Origin: Selaginella moellendorffii
Lineage: Eukaryota > Plantae > Lycopodiophyta
DNA: 64,000 nucleotides
Direction of reading: 5' to 3'
Assembly: GCF_000143415.4 (NCBI RefSeq)
Contig: NW_003314318.1
Span: 124,001-188,000 of the forward strand
The notes under the pieces were generated by a model, which had not been told where the DNA came from, searched no databases, and saw only the letters and a program-made list of their open reading frames with translations. Positions 11,972 to 24,599 of this stretch are shown here, one piece after another; the stretch's first letter is position 1, and each line of letters opens with the position of its first letter. Both the position numbers and the translations under genes were made by a program.

Positions 11972-13339
11972 ATGCTGCATTTGAAAAGGATAAGCTGCGG
12001 TGCCTTGCTGCTCTCGGTCAGCTGCTATTTGCTTCTAGTTCTTGTTCTACTAGTCTTTCCGGAGCACAGGATCAGCATTTCGTCCGATCTCAGGCGGCCG
12101 CTCTTAAACAACCTGGTACGAGACGAGCCCGGTGGCCAAGTCAGTTTCGACAGGTGCTGGGGGAAAAGAGTCTATGTCTACAATCTTCCAGCGCAGCTGA
12201 ATGAGGGGCTGGTGAAGAAATGCGACAAGCAACTCGTTTGTTGGCTAGACTTTTGCCAGCACCTTGAGAACTATGGGTTTGGACAGGCAATTGATCGGAG
12301 CGCTGGCTGGTACGCTACCGATGCTTACATGCTGGAGGTGATTTTCCATTCCAGGATTCGCAGCTATTCTTGTCTGACGAACGACTCCAGTCGAGCAGAC
12401 GCCTTGTTCGTCCCGTACTATGCCGGCTTCGATGCTCTTCAGTACCTTTACAGTGGCGGTTGTGTGAAGACAATGCAAGACCGGCACGGGGTGGAGCTTG
12501 CAAAATGGCTGGAAAAACAGGCTGGGGATGCGTGGAAGAGGTGGAACGGGAGAGATCACTTCATGGTGATGGGAAGGACTTCGTGGGACTTTGCGCTTGC
12601 TCCGGGATCATGGGGAACAGGGATACAGGGACTGGATCACGTAGCCAACATGACGACCCTCTACATCGAGAGGAACCCTTGGGAAGAGAACCAAGTTGCG
12701 GTGCCTTATCCGACGTCCTTCCATCCGTCCAATGCCACTCAGCTCAAAGCCTGGATCCGCACCGTGACCACGTCGCGAAGAAAATACCTACTGTCATTCT
12801 CGGGAGGGATTCGAGCCACCATGAAGGACGCGGCGAGCGTGAGAAGCACTCTTCTCAGGCAGTGCCAGAAACGGGCGGAGCTGTGCGTCCATGTCGACTG
12901 CGGAGGATCGCTCAAGTGTGGTCACGATCCCCGGCCGAGCGTGGCAACGTTTCTCGAGTCGGAGTTTTGCTTGCAACCCAGGGGAGACACGGCCACCCGG
13001 AGGTCGGCATTCGACGCCATCATCTCGGGGTGTATACCGGTGTTCTTCCACCACGACTCGGCCTACTCGCAGTACGTGTGGCACCTTCCATCGGATCCTG
13101 GCAGCTACTCGGTGTTCATCGCCGAAGAATCCATCACGGGTGGTGGCGTCGACGTGGTGGAGTTTTTGAGCTCTTTGCCTGGCGAGAGGATCCTGGAGCT
13201 GAGAAGCAGCGTGATTTCCTTGATTCCTAGGTTGATATATCGAATGCCTGGCGGAGAAAATGGGAGTGGATTTGAGGATGCTTTCGACGTGAGCTTGAGG
13301 GAAGTGTTGCGTAGGATTACAGGGCGAAAAGCTGGTTAA
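11972..13339 (+). CDS. Exostosin family GT47 glycosyltransferase (MUR3/KATAMARI1/XLT2-like subclade)
   Basis: Single exon, N-terminal TM, RVYVYNLP, WYATDAYMLEVIFHSR, GRDHFMVMGRTSWDF, SEFCLQPRGDTATRRSAFDAIISGCIPVFF. Confidence 0.92.
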   Translation: MLHLKRISCGALLLSVSCYLLLVLVLLVFPEHRISISSDLRRPLLNNLVRDEPGGQVSFDRCWGKRVYVYNLPAQLNEGLVKKCDKQLVCWLDFCQHLENYGFGQAIDRSAGWYATDAYMLEVIFHSRIRSYSCLTNDSSRADALFVPYYAGFDALQYLYSGGCVKTMQDRHGVELAKWLEKQAGDAWKRWNGRDHFMVMGRTSWDFALAPGSWGTGIQGLDHVANMTTLYIERNPWEENQVAVPYPTSFHPSNATQLKAWIRTVTTSRRKYLLSFSGGIRATMKDAASVRSTLLRQCQKRAELCVHVDCGGSLKCGHDPRPSVATFLESEFCLQPRGDTATRRSAFDAIISGCIPVFFHHDSAYSQYVWHLPSDPGSYSVFIAEESITGGGVDVVEFLSSLPGERILELRSSVISLIPRLIYRMPGGENGSGFEDAFDVSLREVLRRITGRKAG

Positions 13340-14356
13340 TTTACTCCAACTTTTTTTTTTTATCACATGCAAAAACAACACTGCTTCCAAATTCATAAAA
13401 ATCTGGACAATATATGCCAACTTCGGCAACAGCCTTTGAAGGCATTTTGTATTTTCGAAGGCATTTTGTATCTTTAGGAAGCCGGTGTCTGGTGTTCCCG
13501 TCCTAGGCATAATCCACACCAAATGATGCTGCTCTTGTACCTGGATTATGATGCCTCTGCTGCTAGATGACACTGAAGTCTGGGTGCGCAACATAGTCGA
13601 CAGCTTGTGGCTTGAAAAGTATGCAAAGCGGGCTCTTGGACAAGGAGCCTACAGACCACTTGATAACACTTTGAACACTACACGGACAACGACGGAAGCC
13701 GACTTCTCTGCTGCTTTGATGATTTCAAGAAGGCCTTCCATAACGAAAGCTCATTGAACGACTCCAAGTGCTCAGCGGTCCACCAGGAATTATCACGGCC
13801 ATTGAGCAGCTCCTCACATATTTAAAAGGTGTTGCTCATGTCTTTGAGAACGCAATTGGCAGAATTATATATCTACCTCTCCTTCTAGTTGCCTCAACTT
13901 GTGCGCTCAAGTGACGGTCTTTGAAAAAGCTCACGACAGCCAGGCATTGGACGATGGAGTCCTAGAAATACCTTAGATACATGATCCACAAGAGGAATTT
14001 TTGGGCTCCTGGTACTAGGGAACCCATCAAAGTGTCTATTATACTCTGCAAAGTGATCTCAAACAAACGGGTATCTTTCACTGGGACGCACGACAACAAT
14101 ACTACCACACTAAAGTTGTCCTAGTGAAGTGGAGTATAATTGCTTAGCATGTTGGAACTACTTCCCCTTATTTATTTATTTTAGTCTGGATGAACATGAT
14201 TCTTAGGTTATTCTCAAAACTATTTTAGGCTTGGGAAAAATTTAACATGATGCTAGAATATTCAAATTTATTCCCCATTCTCTTCTTTTTCTAAATGCCA
14301 TTTTTCAAATAAATAGTACACGACTCTAAAATTAAAAAAGTGAGGGACTCCCTCTG

Positions 14357-14423
14357 CTAGAATGTATGCTTTACTACTGTCATGAATGCGCCATTCATGA
14401 CAGTAGTAAAGCATACGTTCTAG
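14357..14423. repeat. Near-perfect hairpin: 32-bp arms, 3-nt loop
   Basis: ctagaatgtatgctttactactgtcatgaatg-cgc-cattcatgacagtagtaaagcatacgttctag; one mismatch. Confidence 0.95.
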
Positions 14424-14528
14424 ACGAGATCATGTTATTCGTGTGAGAAGTACCAGCCTTTTCATCAAACTGTGACGTTTGGAAAAGTAAAGAAACGATA
14501 TTTCCTAGACAAGCTAGTGTCGACCAAT

Positions 14529-16105
14529 TTAGTAAACATGAGAGTCCAGCCTTGGGACTGGGATACCCACGAGAGGTTGACTCTTATGACAAACCAGTCC
14601 AAAGGTTTGATCCATGTTCATATTGCCGGGAGCATCCAGCTTCCAGTCGAATCCTTGGACGAGCGTCGCAAGACCAATCTGGACAGCATCAAATCCAAGT
14701 TTAGCACCGGGACACACTCTCCTCCCTGTTCCAAACGGAAGAAAGTTAAAGTTATGGCCAAAAACATCGACGTCTGGCAAGTCGAAGAAACGTTGTGGCT
14801 GAAACTCTAGAGGGTCTTTCCAAAACCTCTCGTCGATGCCAATCGAGTAGCTGTTGATGTAAATCGTGGTACCGTCCGGGATGGTGTAGCCGCTGAGCTT
14901 AATGGGACCTCCCTGAACTTGTTTGGGAAGAGATAGCGGAGCCACCGAGCGAAGCCTCATTGTTTCCTTGACTATAGCGTCAATGTATGGAAGCTTTAAG
15001 ATGTCCGACTCGTCCACAAGTTTTTCTTTGCCGACTACCGCGTCTATCTGACTCTGAGCTCTTGAGAACTCTACTGGATGCCGGAACAGCTCCGCCATTG
15101 CCCATTCTAGCAAAAGAGCCGAAGTATCGACCGCACCCAGCAACAGATCCTGTGAGATTCCATTTTTCCAATGTTAAGCTAAGAAACCAACGGTTATAAA
15201 AAACTTACAAGCAAGAGTGAGATTATGGTGATGTCTGAGAGCTTTTCTTCCATGGAAATGAGCACGTCAATGAAAGCTATGGGCTCCTCGCTGGTGAAAA
15301 CCGGAGGATTCACTCGCCGGTCTTGCAAGATTGAAAGGAGGTGCCTGTTTACCCGGTCCATAAGGTGCTTGTACTGCTTCTCCAAACCTTGAACGTCCAG
15401 CCAGCGAATTCCCGGGATATAATCGCTCACGTTGAAAACCCCAGCCAGCCTCAAAATGTCCACTATCACTTGCACAAACTCGTCAACATTCACAGTGTTG
15501 TTGTAGTGTCCACAGAAGCGCTTCCCAAACAGCATGTAAGTTATCACGTTCATGTTCATGTTGTGGAGCTTTTGCCGCAGGAGGACCGGATTCCCTCGCT
15601 CGTCACTGAGAGATCGAGCGAGACGGCGCTGCTCCTCGCGACGGATTCCATCGTAAATTTTGAGCTTGGTCGGGGAGAGCAAGTGAGTGTTGATGAGCTT
15701 CCTGTAGAGCTTCACTTCCGGAGTGTATTGGCTGAAAGCTATACCACTGTAATCGTTCCCAAAGTATTTGCCAGAGATCAATGGAACTTTAGACGCAAAC
15801 TTGAGGTTATGGAGCTTGACAATCTCTCTGGCAGCTCTCCCGGAGCTGATGATAACGGTGGGCTTAATCCCAAGCTTCAAGTACATCACATCGCCATATT
15901 TTTGGGAGAGCTTGTGGAGTGAGATGTGAGGGAGCGAGCCAAGCATGTGAAGACAGCCAATGACTGGCAAATTGAATGGTCCTGGAGGGAGTTTTCCAAG
16001 ATTTCTTCTTCTAGTTAAAGAAGCAAGAAGAAACCAGAGAGAGATGAAAGTTAAAACAAGCAGCATGAAGGCACTCAAACTAAATGGGAGAAAATCCATA
16101 GTCAT
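14529..16105 (-). CDS. Cytochrome P450 (CYP71-clan-like), intact; exons 16105-15209 and 15149-14529
   Basis: Continuous frame across a 59-nt GT-AG intron; PPGP, GAVDTS, ETMR, PQRF, PFGTGRRVCPG; close paralog of 2783-4359. Confidence 0.92.
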
Positions 16106-16164
16106 AGTTTTGCTAGGATGGAAGAACGAAATGCGTAGTGGTGGCGGTAATGAGGTCTAATGAG

Positions 16165-16167
<3 letters not shown>

Positions 16168-16198
<31 letters not shown>
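16168..16198. repeat. (GA)n microsatellite
   Basis: About 15 GA units in the 130-bp gap between two divergent genes. Confidence 0.95.
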
Positions 16199-16200
<2 letters not shown>

Positions 16201-16234
16201 AATTAGTTAGTTTGGGTTTAGGGTTTATACGGCT

Positions 16235-17597
16235 ATGGCGGTTCTCCGGGCGACGTCTCCAACTGTGCTTCCAGGCGAATGCACGAGCGCGTCGTGGGAT
16301 TCTCTCGCAGCGCGGCAGGCGCGCATTTCATGCACAAGGCGTGGTTTCGTGTGCGCTGCTGCTGCTGCTGCTACCAATGGGCGCCCTGGAGCATCGTCTT
16401 CGTCCGGTCCTGGTGAGCGCCAAGAGTATAGATTCTTCGAGGAGAGCGACGGAGGGAGAGAAAGCAAGAGTGCTGCGACCAAGGACAAGAGAGTGGGCGA
16501 CAGTGGTCCAGGGAATTTTGGAGACAGGCCTTATAGAACGATTCCGGGGCTGGGGAAGTTCTACCTGGACGAATTGGACGTGATAACGCTGCTGGATCCG
16601 CCATACTTGTCGCCTCTAGATCCGGCGAGCTACAACCATGCGTCTTTCATCTGGTGAGTGACTCTTTCAGCTGGAGTTTTCTGGATTAACGTTTTAGTCG
16701 TGTCACAGGAAGAAGATTGGAGATGTCCCGGAAGAGCGAAGAGCTCGGCTTTTGGAGCTAATCCATCCCAGGTTTTGTGAGTTTTGGAACTTTTCTTGTG
16801 GAAAAGCTTGCTAACGAGGATGACAGTCTCATGCAGTCGATGTGGGAGGTGACTGGAAAACGCTATGACAGCCCCAAATTGTTTGCCGGGGACGCGTTTA
16901 CTCTTCTTCCAGCTCCCGAAATCGAGGAACCATACAAGAAAACGATCTGGCATGGAAAGGTTGGAGGAGGTAAAGTTCTTTCTTTTTCTATTCTCACAAG
17001 AACAACAAAGAATGTGTCACAGATTTCTGGCCATGGAGCTGGTTGAGAGACATAACAATCGTATGTTTTCCTTACTTTCATGTAAAGCTTTGGTTAAACT
17101 CTTTCTCTGCCTGTAGGAGTTTTTCGTGTCCAAGGACGATGGTATATATGGCCAACTTAGCTGCTGTAAGATCTTTTTTTCCTTGAAGCTGGAACTCATC
17201 ACGAATGCATTTCTGATCAGCGGGCCTGTTTGGGAGTGTTGTTTCACGTTACATGCCTTTGTACTTCAAAGTCCAACAGGCAGAGTTTGTGTCTGTCACA
17301 AATGACGAATGCGATATGGTTCTCGATTTTAGCAGCGGCCATCTCCATCTCAAAGACGAGCTGCCGTCCTCTTTTCGAAAACCAGGTGAGTAAATCACCG
17401 ATGATTGGTCTCTCTGCTGCTAAGATCTCCCACTTTTTCAAGCAGAAAAGCTTTCGTGGCCACTGGAAAACTTCGTGGCTTACATCCGCCCGGCTGGTCC
17501 TGGTGTTCTCGTCGGCCAGCTATGGCAGAAGCGTAGCGATGCAAAGGAGGCGCCTCCATTGAAACTAGGAAAGCTGGTCATTGTGAAAGGCGTTTGA
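16235..17597 (+). CDS. Uncharacterised conserved plant protein with transit-peptide-like N-terminus, ~7 exons
   Basis: Spliceable exons give DVITLLDPP..PLDPASYNHASFIW|KKIGDVPEERRARLLELIHP|..LMQSMWEVTGKRY..|..PLYFKV..|..YIRPAGPGVLVGQLWQ..KGV*; Ala/Ser/Arg-rich N-terminus. Confidence 0.7.
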
Positions 17598-17619
17598 CCA
17601 ATCTTTTCAAAGTGCATTG

Positions 17620-17990
17620 TTTATAAGAAGACATTATTCTTAAATCATTGCGCAATCAAGATCACTTTCATCCTTAGGAATCCAATATCCCAAACTCCAT
17701 TTATTCTACAAAGTGCTATGCCATATCACATCCATAATCGGCATTCTCGAAATCGCACAGGAACACACACACTCTAGCATCGTTCCTGAACTGGAGCCTC
17801 AGAGGTTCGATCCTCCCAGTGCGTGGGAGTGGTTCCGTGAACTCCCTCCACCGATACCACGCACAGTGGAATCTGGCACGCGCTCCTCCCACACCTGCTC
17901 GATAGCTCGCCAAAACGGTGCCTGCATCTCATCACCCGGATCTTGCGTGTGACACGGATTTGAGTCCTTCCAGCCTCTGAGGATGCAGAA
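17620..17990 (-). pseudogene. Eroded duplicate of the secreted Cys-rich gene and its 3' flank, followed by short AP3B-derived pieces
   Basis: Shares RIEPLRLQFRNDA and DYGCDMA with 6659-7033 but has deletions and frameshifts; 17952-17975 is identical to 10369-10392. Confidence 0.8.
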
Positions 17991-18350
17991 TTAACCGGAT
18001 CACCGGGATCGTAAAGGCGCAGCTCAACTGGCAAAGGCACTTAGAGAGGATGCCAGTTTCTCCTACAGAGATAAATGTAAATGAATTTAGACTGTAGACA
18101 ATGACTACAGCGTCCACCAGTAGTCTTTGTTCAGAGCTTCCCTTGACGGAACGATTAAGTTGAAGTAAAAGCAAACATGACTTATATTCAAGGACTCACC
18201 TCCTCTGGTCTAGGTGCATCAGGCATCGGATCTTGGTTTCTTCTTGTCTCTGCAACACTAACGTGCCTAGTCATCACGTATTCTTTGAACTTGATAAATA
18301 ATTGGGACTGCAAAACATAATCTAATGAACTTATGATGTATCCTGCTGAA

Positions 18351-18720
18351 ATAATGAGGCTCTGCCCAGTGGTTCCGCTAGCTCTTCCCAAACAACAAAG
18401 CCTCTCGTCGATGGCAATCGAGTAGGTATTGGTGTGGATCACAGTCCCGTCTGAGCCGCTGCGCTTAATCGGGCTTCCCTGAGGGAAGACCCTCGAGAGT
18501 TTCAGCCCCTTGACACTTGATGTCTCTGGCCATAATTTAACTTGCTCCGGTCTGGAACGGGGAGGAGAGTTTGTCCCAGTGCCAAGCTTGGGTTTGATGC
18601 TGTCCAGATTGGTATTGCGACACTCATCCAAGGATTCGACTGGAAGCTGGATGGTAGTCTCAAAAGATGAACATGGATAAAACCTTTAGACAGGTTTATC
18701 ATAAGAGTCAACCCTATATG
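18351..18720 (+). pseudogene. Cytochrome P450 exon-2 remnant with an internal inversion
   Basis: Plus strand MRLCPVVPLALPK and GTGRRVCPSAKLGFDAVQIGIATLIQGFDWKLD; 18397-18482 reads on the minus strand as QGSPIK..DGTVIHTNTYSIAIDERL. Confidence 0.8.
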
Positions 18721-20326
18721 GAAGTAGGAGTTGTTCTTTGGGACAATCATAAAAATTTATTAAATATGGAATAACACTACATGTAATGATTAATTCCTCA
18801 ATTAACTTAAATAGAAATCCCAAAGGGAACCAATAATACCAATCTTTTGTCGTCATGATAATGAGGAAAGAGTGTCTATATGATAAGTATATTTCAATAC
18901 CCAAATGCAATAAATAATAACTCAACTTTTAGAATAGAGGAATATTTAACACTATAATTGATCAAAAACTCTACCAAAGAAACAAAAATAAGATTCTCAA
19001 CTTTGCACATGCTCAACATTTAAATTAGTCTAAAGAGGACAAAGAATACTTAACTTAATGCTGGATTAAAATTGAGAATTGTAAGAGTCACAAATAATCA
19101 ATATGCTAAAAGAATAAATGAGGAAAGAACACTAGCAATATGAGAAAGTGGCTTAGGTTGAGAAATAAGGAAAGTTGGGAAAAAGTAAAAAATGAAAAGA
19201 AATGATCAAATAATAGATTAAAGGATTGATATCTACTATGTGAAACTTTTAACTTAGTCTTTAAAGCTATCTCTACAATAATTAAGATCTTTATCACAAT
19301 CTAAAATCCACTCAAGCTCATATATATCATCTTCCCATAAATTTAATCTTCAAACAATCTTTAAGAACAAAACTGCATTATTTATAACTCTTTAATTGAT
19401 GTTATAATCACTCATAGGACACTAAAAACTAAAGAAGCCATGTAATCACATCTCATGGAAGCTAAAGATATTAACACACCAAAGATGGGTGCAATACCAT
19501 TATAATCACACTCCATGATCTAATAAAGAATCATTAATAACCTTAAGTGATATATTTATTGATTGATGATAGGAGAATTTAAAGGACAAACAAATTTAAG
19601 CACACTAATAACTAGAATTCTAGATCTAGCAAAAAACTAATACAAATCTAAGTCTAAAAGAGAATGAAAGAATAAAAACAAAAAACACAATCTAAAACAC
19701 TAAAAAAACACTCAAAGCAAAATATTATTAAAAAGTTTTGCCCTTCAAAAATAAATTGTAATACGTTTTACCTCCACTAATGTGAGTGCTGGGGACAAAA
19801 GTTATAAATTGTCCAGCCACAGCTGCATTTTTACTAAAACCTTTATGGGAATAAGTATATTAATTGGGCTTGACACTAGATTCAGTTAAAAATAATGTAA
19901 CTTTGAATTTTCTTATTTATTTGTTTATTTCCATAAAAGTTTTAAGCGGGCCATCAAGGTCGTACGGCCAACAACGATAAGAGCTGGAGTAGAGCACCTA
20001 CTAAAACGCGGAACTCTTGTCCAGAGTAGTAAAACAAGCCTGCCTCGTTACGCAGAGGAGAGACAAAAGAAGAGAGCGAGCGAGCCACGAAGAAGAAAAA
20101 AAACCCGGGCTCTCTCAAACTCTTCCTCGTCTTAGTTCTCTCTTCCACTGCAGGATTATTTTACTTCTCCCATTCTACAAGTAGTACTTAGCAGAGCTGT
20201 ACAGGGAAAACAAAGGAGCAAGAAAAGAGAGAACGAAAAACGAAGAGACAACAAAGAACCAAAGAGAAAGGAAACAAGGTACGTTGTAAGAGGTAGTGGA
20301 GAGAAGAAGAAAAAAAAGAAAGATAG

Positions 20327-23300
20327 CTAGGAGAATAAGTATGAGGTAACGTAGACACGAACACCTATGTCGAGAGGGGAGCTATCACCACCGAGAGCAT
20401 GGATAAGAACTGGGATGTGTGAGAACAAGCGAAGGGTGAGAGGCATGGCTTCTGGCTCGATCATGGTTAAGCTGTCGAGATTACCAGTCTCGTCGTCAGG
20501 ATCCATTGCCGGATTGGACACAACTGCGACGTCAGAGATGCTTCGGCTCTTGGCCTTCCGAGAGTGTTGCCTCGGGCGGCAGTAATCCAGAACCAGTGTG
20601 CCAGTGTTCTCGAGCCAGTCTACCTTGAGACCCTCTACTTCGTCGTAGTATAAACGGCGCTCCATCTGGTGAGAGATGGCGTCCATTAGTCCGCCAAGGA
20701 AAACCAGGCGAAATTCACTTACCGCGATTTTGGAGACGTACAGCGACATGAACTTTGGTCCCAGGCCAACAACGCACGCATCTGATAACAAACCCTGCAA
20801 CCAGAAGCTTACACTGATAAGATACTGTCTTGGATGAAGGAAAGACGAAAGAAAAGCTTACCTTTCTTCTCTGTAGCATAGTCCACAGGTAGAGCCTGTC
20901 AGTCGCCTCTTGAACGTTCTTGCTTGCCATTTTCCTTTCGTTGCAATGGTCCGCAACCAAAGCCATCTCAGCGGGATCAGAGATCCTGTGCTTTGAAGCA
21001 GCCAACTGGAGTACCTCATAGTCCTTGGTTGAGACCAAATCCTCGGGACCTGTGAGGCTTTTGTTCAACAACTTTTCGGCCTCGAGAGCGGCTGACAGTG
21101 TCCGGTGCACGACGATGTCGGGATATCTTCGAATCGGAGATGTGAAGTGCGTGTAAACAGGCATGGCCAAGGCGTAGTGACCCCAGTCACCGTCCTTGTC
21201 CCGGCCCGTGCAAAAGTACTTCGCCACCTGCATCGGTTTGGTGGCGTAGAGTGTAACGATGCTGAGAAGAACCGGGTCGTCCTTGAGCTCCTCCCTCAGT
21301 ACTTCCAGGGACGCATGCAAGTCCGCCGAAGAGTCCGTCTTCAGCACAAACCCGTGCTTCTTGCAAAACTCTTGGAACTCGAGAAGCTTACGTGAGCTCG
21401 GTTCAGGATGACGCCTCAGGAGTGCACAGTCGGGGAACGCTCTCGATATCACTTTGGCGACGCTCACGTTAGCCAGAAGCATGAACTCCTGCACCAGCTT
21501 GTTGGATTCCATCTGCTCGTAGAAGCTGGTCTCGTGGGGATTCCCATCCCCATCTAGAGCAAAGACGAGCTTTCCAGTGTCTAGACGTAGTGCTCCGTCC
21601 CTAATTCTACTCTCTTCTAGCTGTTTGGCAATGTTGTACAAAGTCTTGATATCAGCGGCCACTTCCTGCCAGCTGAAATTTCCCGAAAGACCTGGTTTCT
21701 CGCTGAAAGTCCCGTCAACGATCTCTTGGGCATCACCATAACTTAGCTTGCAGCATGACTTGATCGCAGTTCTACCTATCCACTGCTTGACAATCTGTCC
21801 TGTTGAATCTAGATCCCACATCACCGAAAACGCTAACCTGTCTACTCCGGGCTGTAGCGAGCAGAGCTCCTCGCAGAGCAGCCGAGGAAGCATTGGAAGC
21901 ACCTGTTGGATCAAGTACACACTCGTCGACCGCTGCTGCGCTTCTTTGTCTAAACCCGAGCCAGCATGGACGAAGTAAGAAACATCTGCGATGTGTACTC
22001 CAACTCTCGTTAAACCATCCCCAAGATGCTCCACCGACAGTGCATCGTCCAAGTCCCTGGCAGTGACTGGATCGATTGTGAACACTCTACGTGAGCGCAA
22101 GTCCCTTCGTCTCTGTAGCTCCTTCTCCGGAATACTCCACGGAACACGAGGAAGACAAGCCATCGCCTCCGGAGGGAACTCGGCACTGTGAACCGCGTGC
22201 TCGAATAAAATAGCCGCTGTCTGTGCCTCTAGTTCCCCAGCTTGTCCCAAGCAATGTGTGATGATCGCGAGAGGATAAGGACTGTTACAGTCCCAGCGAT
22301 CAACACACGCTGCTAAAAGCTCATTCCCCATCTTACGATCCCCGTCCCGCAACCTTTGAGCTATAACTTCCGGAAGGCTGTCAGGTAAAACCACCATCTT
22401 CGGAAACTTGGCATCAACTGGAGTGAGAACCATCTGATTTCTCGTTGGCGGCTGGAACTTGACAGAGAGAAATCCGACCACCGCATCACGCCGGCGAGAC
22501 TTTGATAAGATAGACACTACTTTCCCAGTAGGCCTTTTACCCGGTGTAGCTTGGAGCAATGCCTGAACTTTTTCTAGCGCCGTCGACCCCGTGCCTGTCA
22601 GTAAACTACTCGAATCCTCACTACTTTCTACAACCTGGTTGCTTCTTCCAACACTTTCTATGACTACCTCCTCTTCTAGACGTATCTCTCTAGAAACCTG
22701 TACGCCTTCACCACTACTGAAACTTTGATTTGTCACAGCTATACTACTCGCAGTTACCACTCGATCAGTCCGGTTGTTGTTAAGGCCCTTCATCCTGGGC
22801 CATAAATTAGGCGGATCAAGGACAAGTGCAACTAAATCCCCTTCAAGCTGCAAAACGAAAAACCAGGTCAATTCTCGGAAGGAAAAATCTAACACGAAGA
22901 ACTTACTGCACGATTCTGAGCACAGGCTCCCTCGATCAAGATATCTACGGAAAGTCCGTCGACTGTGGCGTAAGCCTAGGCAACCACACAATGATCACGT
23001 ATACACCTCAAAAGAAATGGAAGGATTACGTACCTCACTTCGGTTGTGAGCATTTACTCTCAAGGAGCAAGAAAAAACACGCCCAGACTGAACGAAAAGA
23101 GCACATAATGCGTAAGACCAGAAATGAGCGAAGAGAACGGAGAAAAGCGGATACCTGCATGGCTTCGTTTACTTTAGGAAGCGACCAATGCTCTGGAAAA
23201 ATCTGTGGTGCAACTGGATCCTTCATCAACTGGAAATTGGTGTCTGTATCACCGTAGAATCGTGTAGACAGCGGACTTGCGCCTTTGCCAGGACTGACGA

Positions 23301-23862
23301 AGGCAACGGAATTGCTGCTGCTCGGCTGGTCGTGATTGTTGTTGAGAGCCGGCCCATAAGGTGGCAGCGTTTCCGTGAACTCTTTAAACTCGAGCTCCGA
23401 GTACTTCCCGTTCTTGTAGAGCGTCTTGACGACGTGATAATCTCTAGATCTTTGGACAGAAAAGTTGGGGGAGACCGGACTGCTCGTCGGCGACGCCCTC
23501 TCATCACACGACTTAAAAATCTCCACTCCTGCAACTAAAGGAGATGAGAAGATGAGAATGCGCTCTCCACAAAGGTCAAAGGAAAACAACGAGGAATCAC
23601 TGAAAGAAAACTTACCTGATCCATTGTCAGGAGAAACAAACTGCTTGGACTTGCGACTGGGCCTCTTCCGAAATTTCTTCTCCCCATCCCGATCTCGATC
23701 CCTCTCCCTGGCAGCTAAATCCTCGGTGCCTCCAGCAGATCTCGTCCGGGGCTTGGACACCGGGCTTTGCTGCTGGCACTGGAACGGATACTGACCATAC
23801 AGTGAAGGCGGTGGAGGCACGGCATGGTAGCCTCCTTTCTCATTCTTCCCTCCCGGCTTCAT
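20327..23862 (-). CDS. DIS3L2: DIS3-like 3'-5' exoribonuclease 2 (RNB family, SOV-like), multi-exon
   Basis: RRDLR..VFTIDPVTARDLDDALS, VGVHIADVSYFV, STSVYL..PMLP, SNKLVQEFMLLAN, YTHFTSPIRRYPDIVVHR. Confidence 0.93.
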
Positions 23863-24599
23863 CTACCAGGAATCCGAGGCCCCTCTCACCAAAATCTGGA
23901 GGAAATCTCTCGCGCTCCTGGAAACCCCACACCCCAAAATGCTGCGCCAAATTCTCTCACTCTCGGCCTCTCGCAACGATCGCCGCGCGCGCGGCTAGGG
24001 CCAGGGCGCCCTCCCCTCTCCCTCTCTCTCTCCCTGCCCCCCTCTCGCTCTCAAGCACGCGCCTCTCACCGCCTTCTTCGTCTTCCACCTCCAGGTTAGT
24101 TTTAGGGTTCTTCCCCCAGCCGGTTAAAAACTAAGGGCCTTTAATCCGGTTTAACGGGGACCTTTGTCCATGTCATGATGGCAAAGTGATTTAATTCCCT
24201 GTGGCGTGGCACGTGTCAGAGAATGTGTGGCCAGGCAGCCACCGGCCAACCAAATTGAAAAACAATACAAAAGTATTTCCTATGGTTACAAGCATTGATT
24301 TTGATTGATTGGGTGGATGATTTTGGCGGTGGAAGGAATATATAGGGAGTAAAAATTCCATGGTAGATTCTAGATGCAGACTTTGTAGAGCATAATTGGA
24401 CTGGCGTTTGGTTCTCCTTTATATATTTGCATGTTTATAGCGCTAGACTGAGACCATCGCGGGTGGGAATCCAGCCCCACCACCTTTCATTTGGCACCTA
24501 TCTAAATCTTAGAGTTTGTCCACTTTGAATCCTTAAGAATATTCACTGAAGTGCCTAGCTTATAATGAGTGTGATCTAGGTTTTTGCTTCTTGAACAAA

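Noticed and set aside
12370-13594. Long overlapping ORFs on alternate frames and strands of the GT47 gene
   Set aside because: Shadow ORFs of a GC-rich exon with no recognisable motifs.
13500-14100. Short coding-like ORFs after the GT47 gene
   Set aside because: No recognisable motif or consistent exon structure.
18750-19760. AT-rich tract weakly resembling 1840-2590
   Set aside because: Similarity limited to short words in low-complexity DNA; no element boundaries could be defined.
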